Of a stretch of DNA of 64,000 bases, positions 1-11,975 are shown one piece after another. This stretch comes from Felis catus. Lineage: Eukaryota. The notes under the pieces were generated by a model. The model was given only the letters and a program-made list of their open reading frames with translations. It searched no databases and was not told the DNA's origin. The translations under genes were made by a program, and so were the position numbers. Position 1 is the first letter of the stretch. Each line of letters opens with the position of its first letter. Location: positions 95,110,001 to 95,174,000 of the forward strand of contig NC_058368.1 of assembly GCF_018350175.1 (NCBI RefSeq), given 5' to 3'.

Positions 1-279
1 CAAAATTTCCCAGTCATGGGGTCGGCCGTGAAAAGCGCTGGGAGGAGGATCAGGGTCCCAGTTGCCCTTAGGCCGAGTGACCTCCCTCCAATAAATGTAT
101 TAGAAACTGTACCTGTTCCCTAATGGGGACAAGGGCCCACGTTCTTTTTTCTACTGTTTCTGCTGGGAACGCAAGTTACCCACAGACATCTGCTCTTGAG
201 GACTCACGAAGAATAAACGCACATGCGACAACACCCTGTATGTACCATATTTTTCTTGTCTACAAACCACCTGGAAAAG

Positions 280-760
280 GTGGCGAGAACGGTGAGGCAG
301 TCAGCCTCTGCTGTTCGCCAGAGCTGCCAGCAGGGGCCGCTATCCCCACCTTAAGCAAAAGCCACAGATCCCTGGTGGCGGGGGGCGCGGTCCTAGGTGC
401 GCGCGCAGCCCCCGCAGCACCGGAGCCGGCTCCCGGAGAAGGCACGGGGGCGTGGGGGCTTGCGGGCTGGGCTGCGCCCTCCCGCCGCGCGGATCTCTGG
501 GATCCGGTCCGGACTGGGGGAAGTGCCCTAGCGGGCCGGGCCGGCTCGATCCTCGGCGGCGCTGTTTAACGCCCTGATTTCGGCTGGTGACGGCAGGGCC
601 ACTGCCAAACGGGTCTTGGAGCTGGTCCGTGCGCTCTTCCCCCTCCGCCCCACCCCCCGGCGCTCCCCCTCAGCCCCTAGGTCCAGACCAAGAGGTCCCA
701 GGGGGTTCTCCTCCAACACCTCCACCCCGCCGGGATCGTTGAGGCCCCTTCTTTGCTCCC
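280..760. promoter_or_regulatory. CpG island (small; target gene not in window or not recognisable)
   Basis: Very GC-rich with many CpGs (gcgcgcgc, ccgccgcgcgg, cggcggcgc) and GC-box-like motifs, against CpG-depleted flanks; overlapping ORFs are low-complexity. Confidence 0.75.
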
Positions 761-769
761 TGCCGCTGC

Positions 770-1140
770 TTTACATGCTAATTGTGTCTGGGAAAAAAGT
801 TCTTTAATTGGCAGAATTAGGCAGAGCAAACGAATTGTTTCACAGGCTGAACCGAATTAATTCCGGGTTTAGCTTCTTTCCTGGGAGAAACAAACAATTA
901 AGCTGTCTTGTTTGCTTTATGGATATATTGGAAATGCCCCACATCGAGTTTCAGGATGTGTTTTTAAAGGGAAATTATTTCCATTATTAATACTTGCATG
1001 TTTAATTTGCAGTAAATCTGAGCCAAGAAGGGACAGATTAAATTTACCTAATTTTAAATTACGGAACACAAGAAGAAAAGAGTTGGAGTTAACTTTCACC
1101 GGGCTAAGAAATGCCACCCAGAATCATCCTGGCAATTGCT
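770..1140. promoter_or_regulatory. Candidate enhancer: homeodomain-site cluster
   Basis: Repeat-free, AT-rich, about a dozen TAAT/ATTA cores (ctaattg, ttaattgg, gaattaattc, caattaag, cattattaat, ttaatttg, ctaatttt). Function is inferred. Confidence 0.4.
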
Positions 1141-1249
1141 AGATCCCGAGGTTTCACCATCCAGTGAGGCCCCCATCTGCCCTGGCAAGGGGACCCCTGC
1201 CAGGGGAGAGACGCTCCTGGAGCTGGAAGACATGGAGGTGGGCTGTGCT

Positions 1250-1425
1250 TAACATTACTTAACAGCTGGTGACCTTGGGCAGGTCGCTCAGCTCTCAGAA
1301 GCCCCAGTGGACTCCCCTGTGTCCCCTGGACTCACTTCCCAGAGATTGTATGGATTAAATGAGATGGTGAGCATAAGCCACAAGTCTAGGGCCTGGTACG
1401 CACCGTGCTGTAAAGGTTCGCTTTA
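1250..1425 (+). mobile_element. MIR SINE fossil
   Basis: gctggtgaccttgggcaggtcgctcagctctc...ggattaaatgagatg...gcctggtac matches the MIR core and 3' end. Confidence 0.7.
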
Positions 1426-1875
1426 GCGTCGCTGTCATCCTTATCGTCGTAGGCGTCAGTCAGATGGAAGCACCAGGGAAAGGGGAGGCTTGTTGTGTGT
1501 CAGTGCTGGGGACTACCCCTAACAACTCTTCCGTAAATGCGTCTGTGATGATAACACCTGCTCCCGCCCCCCACCCCCACATCACCTGAAAAGAGTGTGG
1601 AGGGTGTTTACAAAGGTAAGCTCACACAGGGATCCTTTGAAAGACCACGTCTAGTTATTTTGCCAGAAACTCTGCTTGAAGACGAAAAGCAGAGTTCTCT
1701 TGAGAGAAGAGGGGTCTTTTGGTGCTTAGCGTTCACCTTCTTGTGGGTATCCATTCCTGAGGGACCCGTGGGGAGTGCTGTTTGTACGTTCAGGCCAATA
1801 TCAATCATAATCAAGAAACCCCTCTCTCTGCAATCCCTTCTCCAAAGTTCCCTTCAACCCCCTGCTTTAAATCAA

Positions 1876-2050
1876 CAGTTTGAAAATCCATTTGTACGTT
1901 AGAATTACTGGTGAGCTTTTAAATGACACAAATACCTAGGCTCCAGAGATTCTGAATTATCAGGTGGGTGGAGGGTAGGACCTGTGCATGGTTATTTTCT
2001 TCCAAGCTCCTAGATGATTCTCAGTGTGTAACTGTGGATGAGAACCACCA
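1876..2050. mobile_element. MER5A-like hAT MITE
   Basis: ttagaattactggtgagcttttaaa...aagctcctagatgattctc...gagaaccac resembles MER5A. Confidence 0.65.
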
Positions 2051-2559
2051 TCGCAATGAATCTCATCTGTGTCCTAGAGTCCTGCTCTTCCCTGGCCTTT
2101 TCTGGTGGGGCTGTTTATTTTTCCTCTTGCCCATTTATCCTGGTGTTGGGAAGTGAAGTCAGTGGCTTCTTGGATCATTTCTCCTTCTTGCTAAAACTAG
2201 AGCTTTGGAGGCTGTGTTCTACAAATACGCTGATGATGTCTGTTGTCCGCAGACCTCATTGTATGCCAGTTTCCAAAGACTTAGCGCCAGGCTACATGTT
2301 TCCCTATCTGTTCCTCCACTTGTCACCATTCCTGGAAGTGTTAGGTTTCACCTAGCCACTAACCCTCTGTTTCCTCGGCTTCTTGCATTCTGCATGTACA
2401 CTCTTCTTTTCCCTCAGTTTCGGGTTTGTTATCAAAAAAGTCTCCATTAAATCGCTAATTCAGAGCTCTCACTCCAGACATAGCTTTCTCTCATCACTTG
2501 CACGCTCTCTGCACAGCTCTGATTTCTGGAAGACCTACAAGCTGTTGGTCCTGCCACTC

Positions 2560-2820
2560 GCAGTCTGTCTGTCTGTCCATCCATCCATCTAGCCATCTAG
2601 CCATACATCCCTCTGTCCGTCCATTCCTCTGTCCATCCATCCATCCATCCATCCATCCATCCATCCATCCATCATCCATCCATCCCTCCTTCTATCCATC
2701 TCTCTGCCCATCTGTCCATCCATCTATCCATCCATTCCTCTGTCCACGCAGCCAGCCAGACATCCCTCCCTCCATCTGTCCGTCCCTCCAGCCAGCATCC
2801 AGCCAGCCATCTGTCTGTCC
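2560..2820. repeat. (CCAT)n degenerate microsatellite
   Basis: Direct ccat/ccgt/ctgt tetramer array. Confidence 0.95.
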
Positions 2821-3353
2821 TTCTTTCATTTCCCTCTCCAGCCAACAGAGCTTTGTAATAACGGTCTCTCTTAGCAAGCACTTTCAGCTTCCTTGAAAAC
2901 CAAACTGTCTTTTGGACACCCCCATCTGACTAAGAACCAATTCTGAATTATGTAAATATCAGCCTTCTTTGCCCTCACCCTAGGCAGCTGAAGCCCCATA
3001 GAGCGAAATTTCAGTTATCAACCTCAGTTGGTTGGGCACTGCCTCGCCATCATCTTCCCTTTTCCTCATTAGACTCTAACTTTCTCCGTGTAACCAGATG
3101 TTTTCACCTTGGTGCCTCCTACTTCCCTGAAAACAGTCTATCACATGGGAACTTTCTGCCTCTGTACTCCTTATTTCCTCTACATCTCCTCCTATGGGGG
3201 AGCTGGTGCCTCTCCTCCAGTCTGAGACCAGTCCTTCCACCTGTTCCATCCCTTACACTTGGGAATTCTTTGCTGTCTCTCCGCCTCGCCTGGATCTCTC
3301 CATCAGCAGGTCACCGAGCTTTCCTGTCTTAGTCTTAGAAACAAGCCTCCCTA

Positions 3354-3587
3354 GGGGGCACCTGGGTGGCTCCGTTGGCCGGGCATCTGACTCTTGATTC
3401 CCGCTGAGGTCATGATCTCACAGTTTGTGAGTTTGAGCCCTGCATTGGGCTCTGCACTGATAGCATGAAGCCTGCTTTAGATTCTCTCTCCTCCTCTCAA
3501 AATAGGTAAATAATATGCCCCTCCCCTCCTCGTGCACACGTGCTCTCTCTCCTCTCTCAAATAAATAAATAAACATTAAAAAAAAAA
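3354..3587 (+). mobile_element. CAN-SINE (SINEC)
   Basis: ggggcacctgggtggctc head, CT tract, aataaa/A tail. Confidence 0.9.
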
Positions 3588-3789
3588 CACGGTGTATAAA
3601 GCTTCACTTTTTTATTAGTCCACACTGTATCCATCTCCCTCTACTTCTTCATAGGCAACATTTCTGCAACCCCATAGTTCATTTTCTAGCTTTTACATAT
3701 ACCTTATGTACCCAGAACCAACCTACAGCAATCTTTTTGGTGGTTCCCCCCTCCCCGAATTAACATAAATAAAGTCATATGTACTCTTG

Positions 3790-4380
3790 TCCTGGAATTC
3801 ATCCTCCAAACTATAGCTGAAGTGACCTTTGAAAGATGAATATCTGATCCCATCAGTCCCCTGCTTAAAATACTGTTTGCTATCCCCAAACCTCCATAGG
3901 GCCTTCAAGGCTGTGCACGATTTGGTTATTGCCCACCTCTCTGGTCTCTTCTCTCTGCCATGCTGCCTTCCATGTTTTTCCTCCGAAATGTTGCCCGGTG
4001 CTCCTTTGTAACCACAGACCTGCCCATGTGCTTCTGCCTGGAATACCACCATCTCCCTCTTTCACTTCTTTACCTGGTTAGCCTATGCTCATCCTTCAAA
4101 TGTCCACCCAAACACCCTTGCACCAAGGAAGACTTCTCTGATGTTCTAGAATACATCCTACCCCTCCATTATGTGTTCAAAGTACCGTGCCATCTTAGCC
4201 CACGTATCACAGCTGGAAAAAGCTGTCGGTGCAATTGCGTGTTTGGATGCTTGTCTTTTTGTGTTAGAGCAGAAGCTCCTTTGAATCCTGGGACTCCACC
4301 TCTTTTGTTTCTCTTGTACTTCCAGAGTCTGGAAGAGAATAAGGGCTTGCCCACAAAAGAGAGGTGCATTTGAAGGATTC
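3790..4380 (+). mobile_element. L2 LINE 3' fossil
   Basis: tctgatcccatcagtcccctgcttaaaa, ttctgcctggaatac, tcatccttcaa and gaagacttctctga motifs typical of the L2 3' region. Confidence 0.65.
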
Positions 4381-4477
4381 AGTAGGGAAAAAAATAGATT
4401 TTTTTTTTTGGTGGGATAGAATCATTTAAAAATGGAAATAAAAACACACAACTTTCTAGTTGTTTTGAGCTTCCACT

Positions 4478-4521
4478 TTATTTGTTAATTTATTTACTTA
4501 TTTATTTATATGGTTATTTTT

Positions 4522-4562
<41 letters not shown>

Positions 4563-4687
4563 CCCAAAGCAGGCTCCAGGCTCCGAGCTGTCAGCACAGA
4601 GCCCGACACGGGGTTCAAATCAGGAACTGTGAGATCCTGACCCTAGCCGAAGTCAGAGGCTTAACCGACCCAGCCACCCAGGTGCCC
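4478..4687 (-). mobile_element. CAN-SINE with internal (CA)n
   Basis: Reverse head (cagccacccaggtgccc); (CA)n at ~4523-4558. Confidence 0.9.
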
Positions 4688-6900
4688 TTTGCGTCTCCAC
4701 TTCTAACGATGAACAAAAAACTAGGCTTTGCCCCAACATAGAACTTCTCATGTGTAGCGTCTGATTTCTTTCTCGAATGAGGAATAAAGGATTTACGGAT
4801 GGAAGTGATACGTAAATAACCACAATGACCAAACAAGATGCTTGAAAATGAAAATACACGGCAACGCAAGTAGAAGCGATAACTCTGAAAGACCCGTAGA
4901 AGGAGAGAAAATGCAGTCGGAATCCACCGGGAACACTGTTCAGCATCTCCAAGGCCCGTTCTCCCAGCAAGCCAGAGCGTGCTAACAGTGATTTACTGTC
5001 TGCCCCTCCATGAATAGCTTCACGGGTGGTGCCCTCTCTGGGGGTAACAATCACTCCACTATACCACAGTGATGCCGGGGCTCCATTCACTTCTGATATC
5101 AAATTATTGTTTGGGAAATGAGGAGACTGGTAGATTAGAAATAAGGTAATGAATGAACAATAAATGTTAAGTAAACCAGCACTCCATTCCCTCCCCCCAC
5201 CCCGCCAAAGCCCTTTACATTTAATTGAAGTCTTTGGTTATGTAATACAGAGCCAGGGCTGTCTCTGGCCTTGCTTTCATCTTGCTGTTGCAACGTAACT
5301 GCTCTCGATTGTCCTTCTTGCTAACGTTTAGACTGAAAAATATCTACTTGGATAAAAGTGTGTTTAAAAACGCAGTTACCGAGACGTAATGTATACCTCT
5401 CGTAACCAGATAAACCAGATGATTCAGCACCACTTTGGAATTTGCTATTTGGCCAGAAGAATGATGAAAAGCAAAATATAACTTTTTTGGGGGCGGAGAA
5501 CTGTTTTCAAGGCCTTTGCTTCCAGGTAGTGGAAGGCGGCTGGAAGAGGGAATTGTTCTGGCCCATGTTTAAATATAAAATTAGGCTTCCAAATTTGTTC
5601 CAAATCTAGGTTTTAGATTATGTGAGAAAACACTGTACTGATATCAACTGAAAGCCTTTTTCCAGGCTGTTTAGGATGAATGTGTATTTAAGAGTAATTT
5701 TATAACCAGAGAAATGGAGACAACTGAGGGTGTTTTGTTTGCTCTGACTTTAAAACAGAAGACAGCTGTTTTAAACATCTACATTGAGGCTGGATAATTG
5801 CGGACAATGAAAGTATACTTAAAACATGATATGTTTGGATCTGAAGTAGATTTTTTAATGAAGTATAAAAAAATAATGTCATTAAATATAAAGCTATCCT
5901 CTGAAAACTCCCCTGTACAGGTTAATTATGAAACATAAAAATCATTTCCTAGTGTCTCACCCTGACGGTGGATTTTGTACCTCGGCAGGTCTCTAGTTAA
6001 TAGTCCCATAAAACATTGACGATGCTTAACGAGCTGGATTTAAGAATGTTTGCGGAGGCAACTCGCAGGTTGAAATGAGCTTAAATATTACATTTTGAAA
6101 GAAATAACGTGTTCTTTGGTACTTCCTGAAAGTTTTAGATCATTTGCTATTTTTTAATGCTCAGTTTGTACTTGACCAAAATTTAAGTGGAACAATTGGT
6201 GTCACTCTCCTTGTAAAGTGAACCCTCTTAAATAGTTTATTCATAACTAGCTACTGATTAATACAAACTAGAATGCTGTGTTTTTACGTTTGAACTGAAA
6301 ACCCACACGCCTGTTTTCTTAAGAGGTCCTGTGTCATGAGCTGTTATTAAGACTCGTATGAAAACACACATTCATTTCCTCATAATTTCTTTCTTTTCCA
6401 TGCTTCAAAGCAATGGAGACATTTCCTTTCTTCAGATAGCCTTTTAAAGCCTTTTCTTGTTTAAGCAAACTTCTGAAAGTCCCTAATCCTTGCCTCTAAC
6501 TCACCATTACTGTGCCCTTCTCTTCCCTACCCTCCAAATAAGATCGCAAGCATAGATTTTTGAATTATGACGGTCTAATGTTGACATTGTTTCTCTGGGT
6601 TCCCTTGCCTTAGGGAATTTTCCCTTTTTTGCTTTAATCGATACATTACTTCTTCTGGTTGCTTTGTTTGGCGGGGGTGGGGGGGCAGGGTGGTTAGAGA
6701 AAATGTTTAGCGATTTTCTTACAAAACACAACAGAGAAACTGTAATAAGAATGCTGTAGGGCAGTGTTAATTCACTCAGTGTGAAGCCACAATCAGCCTG
6801 GCACTCTCAGGTTCCTATCAGTGAGTTGTTGGGTGGTGGTGACTCAGAGATGATGGTACTTGACTTATCAGTAAGATGGTATTTGACTTATCAGTATTGC

Positions 6901-7009
6901 GTGTCGCATGGAGCCCGATGCGGGGCTCAAAGTCATGAAACTGCGAGATCACGACCTGGGCGGTAACCAAGAGTCAGCCGCTCAACCGACCGAGCCATCT
7001 GGGCACCCC
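6901..7009 (-). mobile_element. CAN-SINE 5' half only (tail-less)
   Basis: ggagcccgatgcggggctc...gagccatctgggcacccc; no CT tract or A tail. Confidence 0.8.
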
Positions 7010-7029
7010 GCAGTGCTGTGCTCTTGATC

Positions 7030-8075
7030 ACAAAGCAACGTCATCCTTCCAGCTGCTCAGGCCCAACCGCTGGGAGTCACGCTTGACTCTTCTCTCGTTG
7101 GTCACATCTGATTTGTCAGCACATCTTGTTGGCTCTGCCTTCAAAATATATCCAGAATCTGACCTCTTCTCAGCTCCTGCACCACCACACGGGTCTAAGC
7201 CACTGTCCTTTTCTCCTGGAGTCGTCCAGGAACGTCGTAACTGGTCTCCCTGCTTCTGGACTTGCCATGTTCGGTACTCTACCCGACCCTCTAGTCCACA
7301 AACGGTGGCCAGAATGATCCTTCAACATTTACGGTGGAATCCTGTCACTCCTCTGCGCAAAACTGTCTGGAGGTTTCTTTCCCATCTCTTTCAGAGCAAA
7401 AGCCAAAGCCGGTGTCATGTGGCCTTCCCTCCTGCTCCCCTTCACACACTTCACTCTAGCCAGCCTCGGCCTAGAAGCTTCCAGCACAACCACCCTCGGG
7501 CTCTTGTTTCTTCTTCCTCAGTTACCAATAGGGCTCCTCCCGTCTTTGCTCCAATGCCAAGGCTCCTTGACCACCACATGTAAAATTATAGCTCCTCAGG
7601 CTGTAATACTTCCTCCTTGTTCCCTATCCTGGCTTTGTTTTTTCTCCTAGCTCCTACTCTCCTAGGATCCTGTATATAATTAATTGTTTATTTTTTATTA
7701 CTTAAAGACATTTTTTTTTTAGTTTATATAATTTTGAGAAACAGAGACAGAGCAAGAGCAGGGGAGGGGCAGAGAGAGCGGGAGACACCGAATCCGAAGC
7801 AGAGGCTCCAGGCTCTGAGCTGTCAGCACAGAGCCCGATGCGGGGCTCAGACTCACGAACTGTGAGATCATGACCTGAGCGGAAATCAGACACTTAACGG
7901 ACTGAGCCACCCAGGAGCCCCTATATTTGCTTGTTTAGTGTCTGTCTCCTGCCACCCAGTCGTAAGCTTCCTCAGGGCAGGAAGTGCCTTTCATGTACCA
8001 CCATATCCCCCGCTCTTAGAACAGCGCCTGGCCCATCCTAGAAGTGCGCTGAACATGTGTTGAGCGGATGAGTAC
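7030..8075 (+). mobile_element. L2a LINE 3' fossil (interrupted by a SINE)
   Basis: tccagctgctcaggccc, ggctctgccttcaaaatatatccagaatctgacc, agaacagcgcctggc...tgttgag L2 end. Confidence 0.8.
7700..7921 (-). mobile_element. CAN-SINE (feline type)
   Basis: Full-length reverse copy ending gagccacccaggagcccc. Confidence 0.9.
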
Positions 8076-8391
8076 AGGACCACTCCTTCCCACGTTTAAT
8101 GTCAGTCACGCCAGGAGAATCCCCCAGCCTACGGTCCTTTGTGTAGTCTTACACAGGGGAGGGGCCCGCAGGGCTGTCTCCCATTCAGAAGCATTCTCAA
8201 ATAATCTCTTTTAGACTTTTCTTCATAGAACTTTCATATACGCACCCACACCATATACGAAAAATAACGTATAACATGTATATATATAAAATATGTAGAA
8301 TATATGTAACATATAAGCCACTGTCTTTCTATTTTACAAATTAAATATTTGAACAGTGCTTAGGAGCCTGTTTTAACACTTTTCATCTTTG

Positions 8392-8581
8392 ATTTCTTTT
8401 TTAAATATGTATTTTTGTGAGAGCGCAAGCAGGGGAGTGGCAGAGAGAGATGGGGCTACAGAGGATCTGAGGCTGCAGAGGATCAGCACAGGGCCCGACA
8501 CGGGGCTCCAACCCACGAACCGTGAGGTCACGACCTGAGCCAAAGTCGGACGCTCAACCGACTGAGCCGCTCAGGTGCCCC
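8392..8581 (-). mobile_element. CAN-SINE
   Basis: Reverse copy ending gagccgctcaggtgcccc. Confidence 0.85.
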
Positions 8582-9331
8582 TTCGCTTTTTGTTTTAATA
8601 CAGTGAAACATCTCGCTTCTCTTGACGTCACAGGGACTGCTTTCTAGATTTGGGTCACTGCACCCACCACGCTCGCCATCCCTGTCACTTGGTTGTCATC
8701 CACACGTTGGACCTTCCTTCCAGCGATCCTTCCATGTTTTAGTGAACATACAACTGTGTACAGCTTCTCCCCCAGCTGGGTCGCCAGCTCTCTCCTCCAT
8801 TCCAGACCTACCTTTGTTGTCCTTGTCTCTTTGAGACTTCTCCTTCTGCATGAACAGTGACCCCATATCCTCAATATCTTCATTGACTAATCCTGCCACC
8901 TGTGGTTCTCCCCTAATATGGCATACAAAAGGTCCCTGGGCCCTTAATGGCCCTTGCAGGGTGACAAGGACTTCATCCTTCATTGGGGTAGAGCCAAAAA
9001 CATGCAGACTACTCCCCAAACAGATCATCTCCCAGGGTAGGGCTCACAGGGGAGACCCCACATAAGGACTGAGGCCTGGGTTCTTTAAAGTAGGGGCCTC
9101 TGGTGAATTACAGTGTGGGGAGCTGTAGTAGGGGAGGCAGTCTGTGTGCCAAAAGCACGGGTGGGACCCTGGAAACCCACCCACTGATCCTGAGCCTTAG
9201 CTCTTTAGCTGAGATCACATTACCTGAAACCCAGCACAGAGCTCACAAAAAAGACCTCACTCAAAATGGGTGGCAAGTGCATTCTCAAAGCTTCTTGGCT
9301 GTTAGGAGTGGTGCAGCCTAGAGCTGACTTT

Positions 9332-9552
9332 TTATTTATTTTTTAATGTTTATTTTTGGGAGAGAGAGAGTGAGCGAGCAAGGGAGCACAAGTAGTGGAG
9401 GCGCAGAGAGAGTGGGAGACACAGAATCCAAAGCAGGCCTCAGGCTCTGAGCTGTCAGCACAGAACCCAACACGAGCCTCGAACTCACAAACTATGAGAT
9501 CGTGACCTGAGCCAAAGCTGGATGCTCAACTGACTGAGCCACCCAGGTGCCC
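9332..9552 (-). mobile_element. CAN-SINE with TSD
   Basis: TSD cctagagctgacttt at 9317-9331 and 9552-9566. Confidence 0.92.
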
Positions 9553-9912
9553 CTAGAGCTGACTTTCTCATGGTAACTATGAGAGGGTCCATGATTGAGG
9601 CTCAGATTTTCTTGAACCCAAGCTGAGGTACAGGGATCTGGATGCTCTCCTCATCAGACTGGCCATAGAGACATCTCCCAGGTTTCTTTGACAGCGAATT
9701 TGGGACAAAGACTCTATTTTTGCAAAATACACAAGAAAAAAAAGCAGTAAGAATGAAAAAGAGAAGTGAATCTAAAATCATGAGAAGTTTTCAAAAGGAC
9801 AAAAGTGGGACATCATGAAAGCAGCAGCCTGCAGGGCTGAAAGCTTTCCACTAACACAGAACACTGGTCATGGTGGACATTTTTCTAAGAGCTTTGTTGT
9901 GGGGAGAGGACA

Positions 9913-10122
9913 GGCGCCTGGGTGGCTCTGTTCAGCGTCTGACTTCAGGTCAGGTCATGATCTCATGGTTTGTGAGTTTGAGCCCCACGTCGGGCTCTGT
10001 GCTAACAGCTCGGAGCCTGGAGCCTGCTTTGGATTCTCTGTCTCCCTCTCTCTCCACCCTTCTCCCACTCACACTCTGTCTCTCTCTCTCTCAAAAATAA
10101 ATAAACATTAAAAAAAAAAAAA
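9913..10122 (+). mobile_element. CAN-SINE inserted in a MIR
   Basis: ggcgcctgggtggctc head, A tail, TSD aagagctttg(t)tgtg; minus-strand MIR-like flanks to ~10285. Confidence 0.9.
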
Positions 10123-10844
10123 GAGCTTTGTGTGCATTAACCCATTTTGTCTTTATAGTGTTCTAATAAGTAAGTATTTGTGTTACCCCCATTCAACAGA
10201 TGAAGCAAACAGATATTAAGAAAATATGGCAAAGTCTTGTGGTTCTAATGTGATTGAGGCAAATTCAAACCCAGGTCTCTGGAACCCCGCCACCGGCTGC
10301 ACTGAGACACCAGGCAGAGGAACCGTGCGTGTTACGTGCTATTGGTTCCTTGTTCCAACCCTTTCGAGAAACACATGGAGGTCCAGAACTTGCTGGAAGC
10401 ATGTGGTGTTTAAGGCTGCTGCTAACTTAACAAAATAGCGTCTGGTTCAAAATGTGTGTAGCATTATGGCGAATCTTCCTCTATCGCAATTTCAGAAAAT
10501 TGTTCAAATCTAAATGTGTGCTCATTCAACCAAAAAACAAATTGGAGGAAAATCTCAATTATGGAAGAGATAAAGTGGTCTTGATCATTTAATTTATAGA
10601 AAAGATGATTTGCTTTTGAGAAGAAGCATTCACGTTGAAGTAATCTCCCGAGTCAGGTTCTGTTCTTTCAGAGAGTGTTGGGTATAGCTGTATAGATTAC
10701 CTCATTTCCTCTTGAGCTGGATCCAGAAACAATGAGATAGAAAAGTGTAGAGCTTACAATCCTTACAAAGAGCTCGGTCCATTGATTGGGACAACTGACT
10801 ATCCATTTAGAAAGTAGTTAAGTTAGCTCCTACCTCACATCATT

Positions 10845-11063
10845 TTTTTAAAAAAAATTTTTAAAGTTTATTTTTGAGAGAGACAGAGACAGTGTGAATG
10901 GGGGAGGAGCAGAGAGAGAGAGGGAGAGAGAGAACCCCAAGCAGGCTCCACACTGTCAGCACGGAGTCCTACGAGGGGCTCCAACTCATGAAACCATGAG
11001 GTCGTGACCCGACCTGAAACCAGGAGTCTGACGCTTAACCGACTGAGCCAACCAGGTGCCCCC
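10845..11063 (-). mobile_element. CAN-SINE with TSD
   Basis: TSD cctcacatcatttttt on both sides. Confidence 0.92.
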
Positions 11064-11867
11064 CTCACATCATTTTTTAAAATAAATTCCAGATGGACTA
11101 AAGATCTAAAAGTAGAAGAAAAAATACAAGAACGTTAAATGAGTATGTAAGAGTACTTATATGGTTATGATCTTGGCACAGAAAAGTTCTTCTTATAACA
11201 CTATAAGCAAAGTCATCCAAGGAAAAAATCAGAACTTTTGTCTATTTCCCAAATAAAAACTTTTGTAAAGCAAAAGGTACCATAAATAAAAAAGGCAGTG
11301 GGCAGGTTGGGGGGAAAATATTTGCAACCTAACTAACAGACAATAAAGGATTAGTATATATATGAAGGAGTCACACAGATTGAATAAGACAATGGTAAAC
11401 AATTTGATAGGGGAAAAAAATGGTCAAAACATATGATACTTATGAGGGACTGCTTGGGAGTTGGCCAATAAATATTCCAGAAAATGCTCAGCCTCCCATC
11501 CAACAGGGAAATACAAATTTAAATTGTAAGATAACATTTTGGGTACTCATGAGATTGGCAAAGAATATTCAAGTTGGATAATTTCAAATGTTGGCAAGGA
11601 GGTTCAAGCAGTCTCATAAATTACTAGTGAGAATATAAATAGGATAGCCACCTTAGAGGACAATTTGCCAGTGTCTGTTAAAATTGATAATGTGCATATA
11701 TTGCGATCGAGCAATTCAGCTTCTCAGCACCAACCCAAGAGAAACATTCACCTTTGTGCGCAGAGATGGTGTAAGATTTTTATTGCAGAATTGTCTGTAA
11801 TTGGAAAAAAAGATCAGAAATGACTTAAATATTTATCAATATGGTAATAGTTATTTAAAGTAGCTAA

Positions 11868-11975
11868 TGGGGGTGGTGCCTGGCTGGTTCAGTCAGTGGA
11901 GCATGTGACTCTTGATCTCGGGGTGGTGAGTTCAAGCCCCACGTCGGGTGTAAAGATTACTTTAAAAAAATAACA
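11868..11975 (+). mobile_element. Short tRNA-Lys-like CAN-SINE (SINEC_c type)
   Basis: gcctggctggttcagtcagtggagcatgtgactcttgatctcggggtggtgagttcaagccccacg followed by gattactt and an A tail. Confidence 0.8.

Noticed and set aside
123..807. ORFs over the CpG island (148, 65, 63 and 61 aa)
   Set aside because: Ala/Gly/Pro/Arg-rich products expected from GC-rich DNA; no recognisable domain or exon structure.
2494..2896. ORFs with PSIH/MDGW repeats
   Set aside because: Translations of the (CCAT)n microsatellite.
11876..11950. Possible tRNA-Lys gene
   Set aside because: Followed by the gattactt + A tail of short CAN-SINEs and diverged; it is a SINE, not a tRNA gene.
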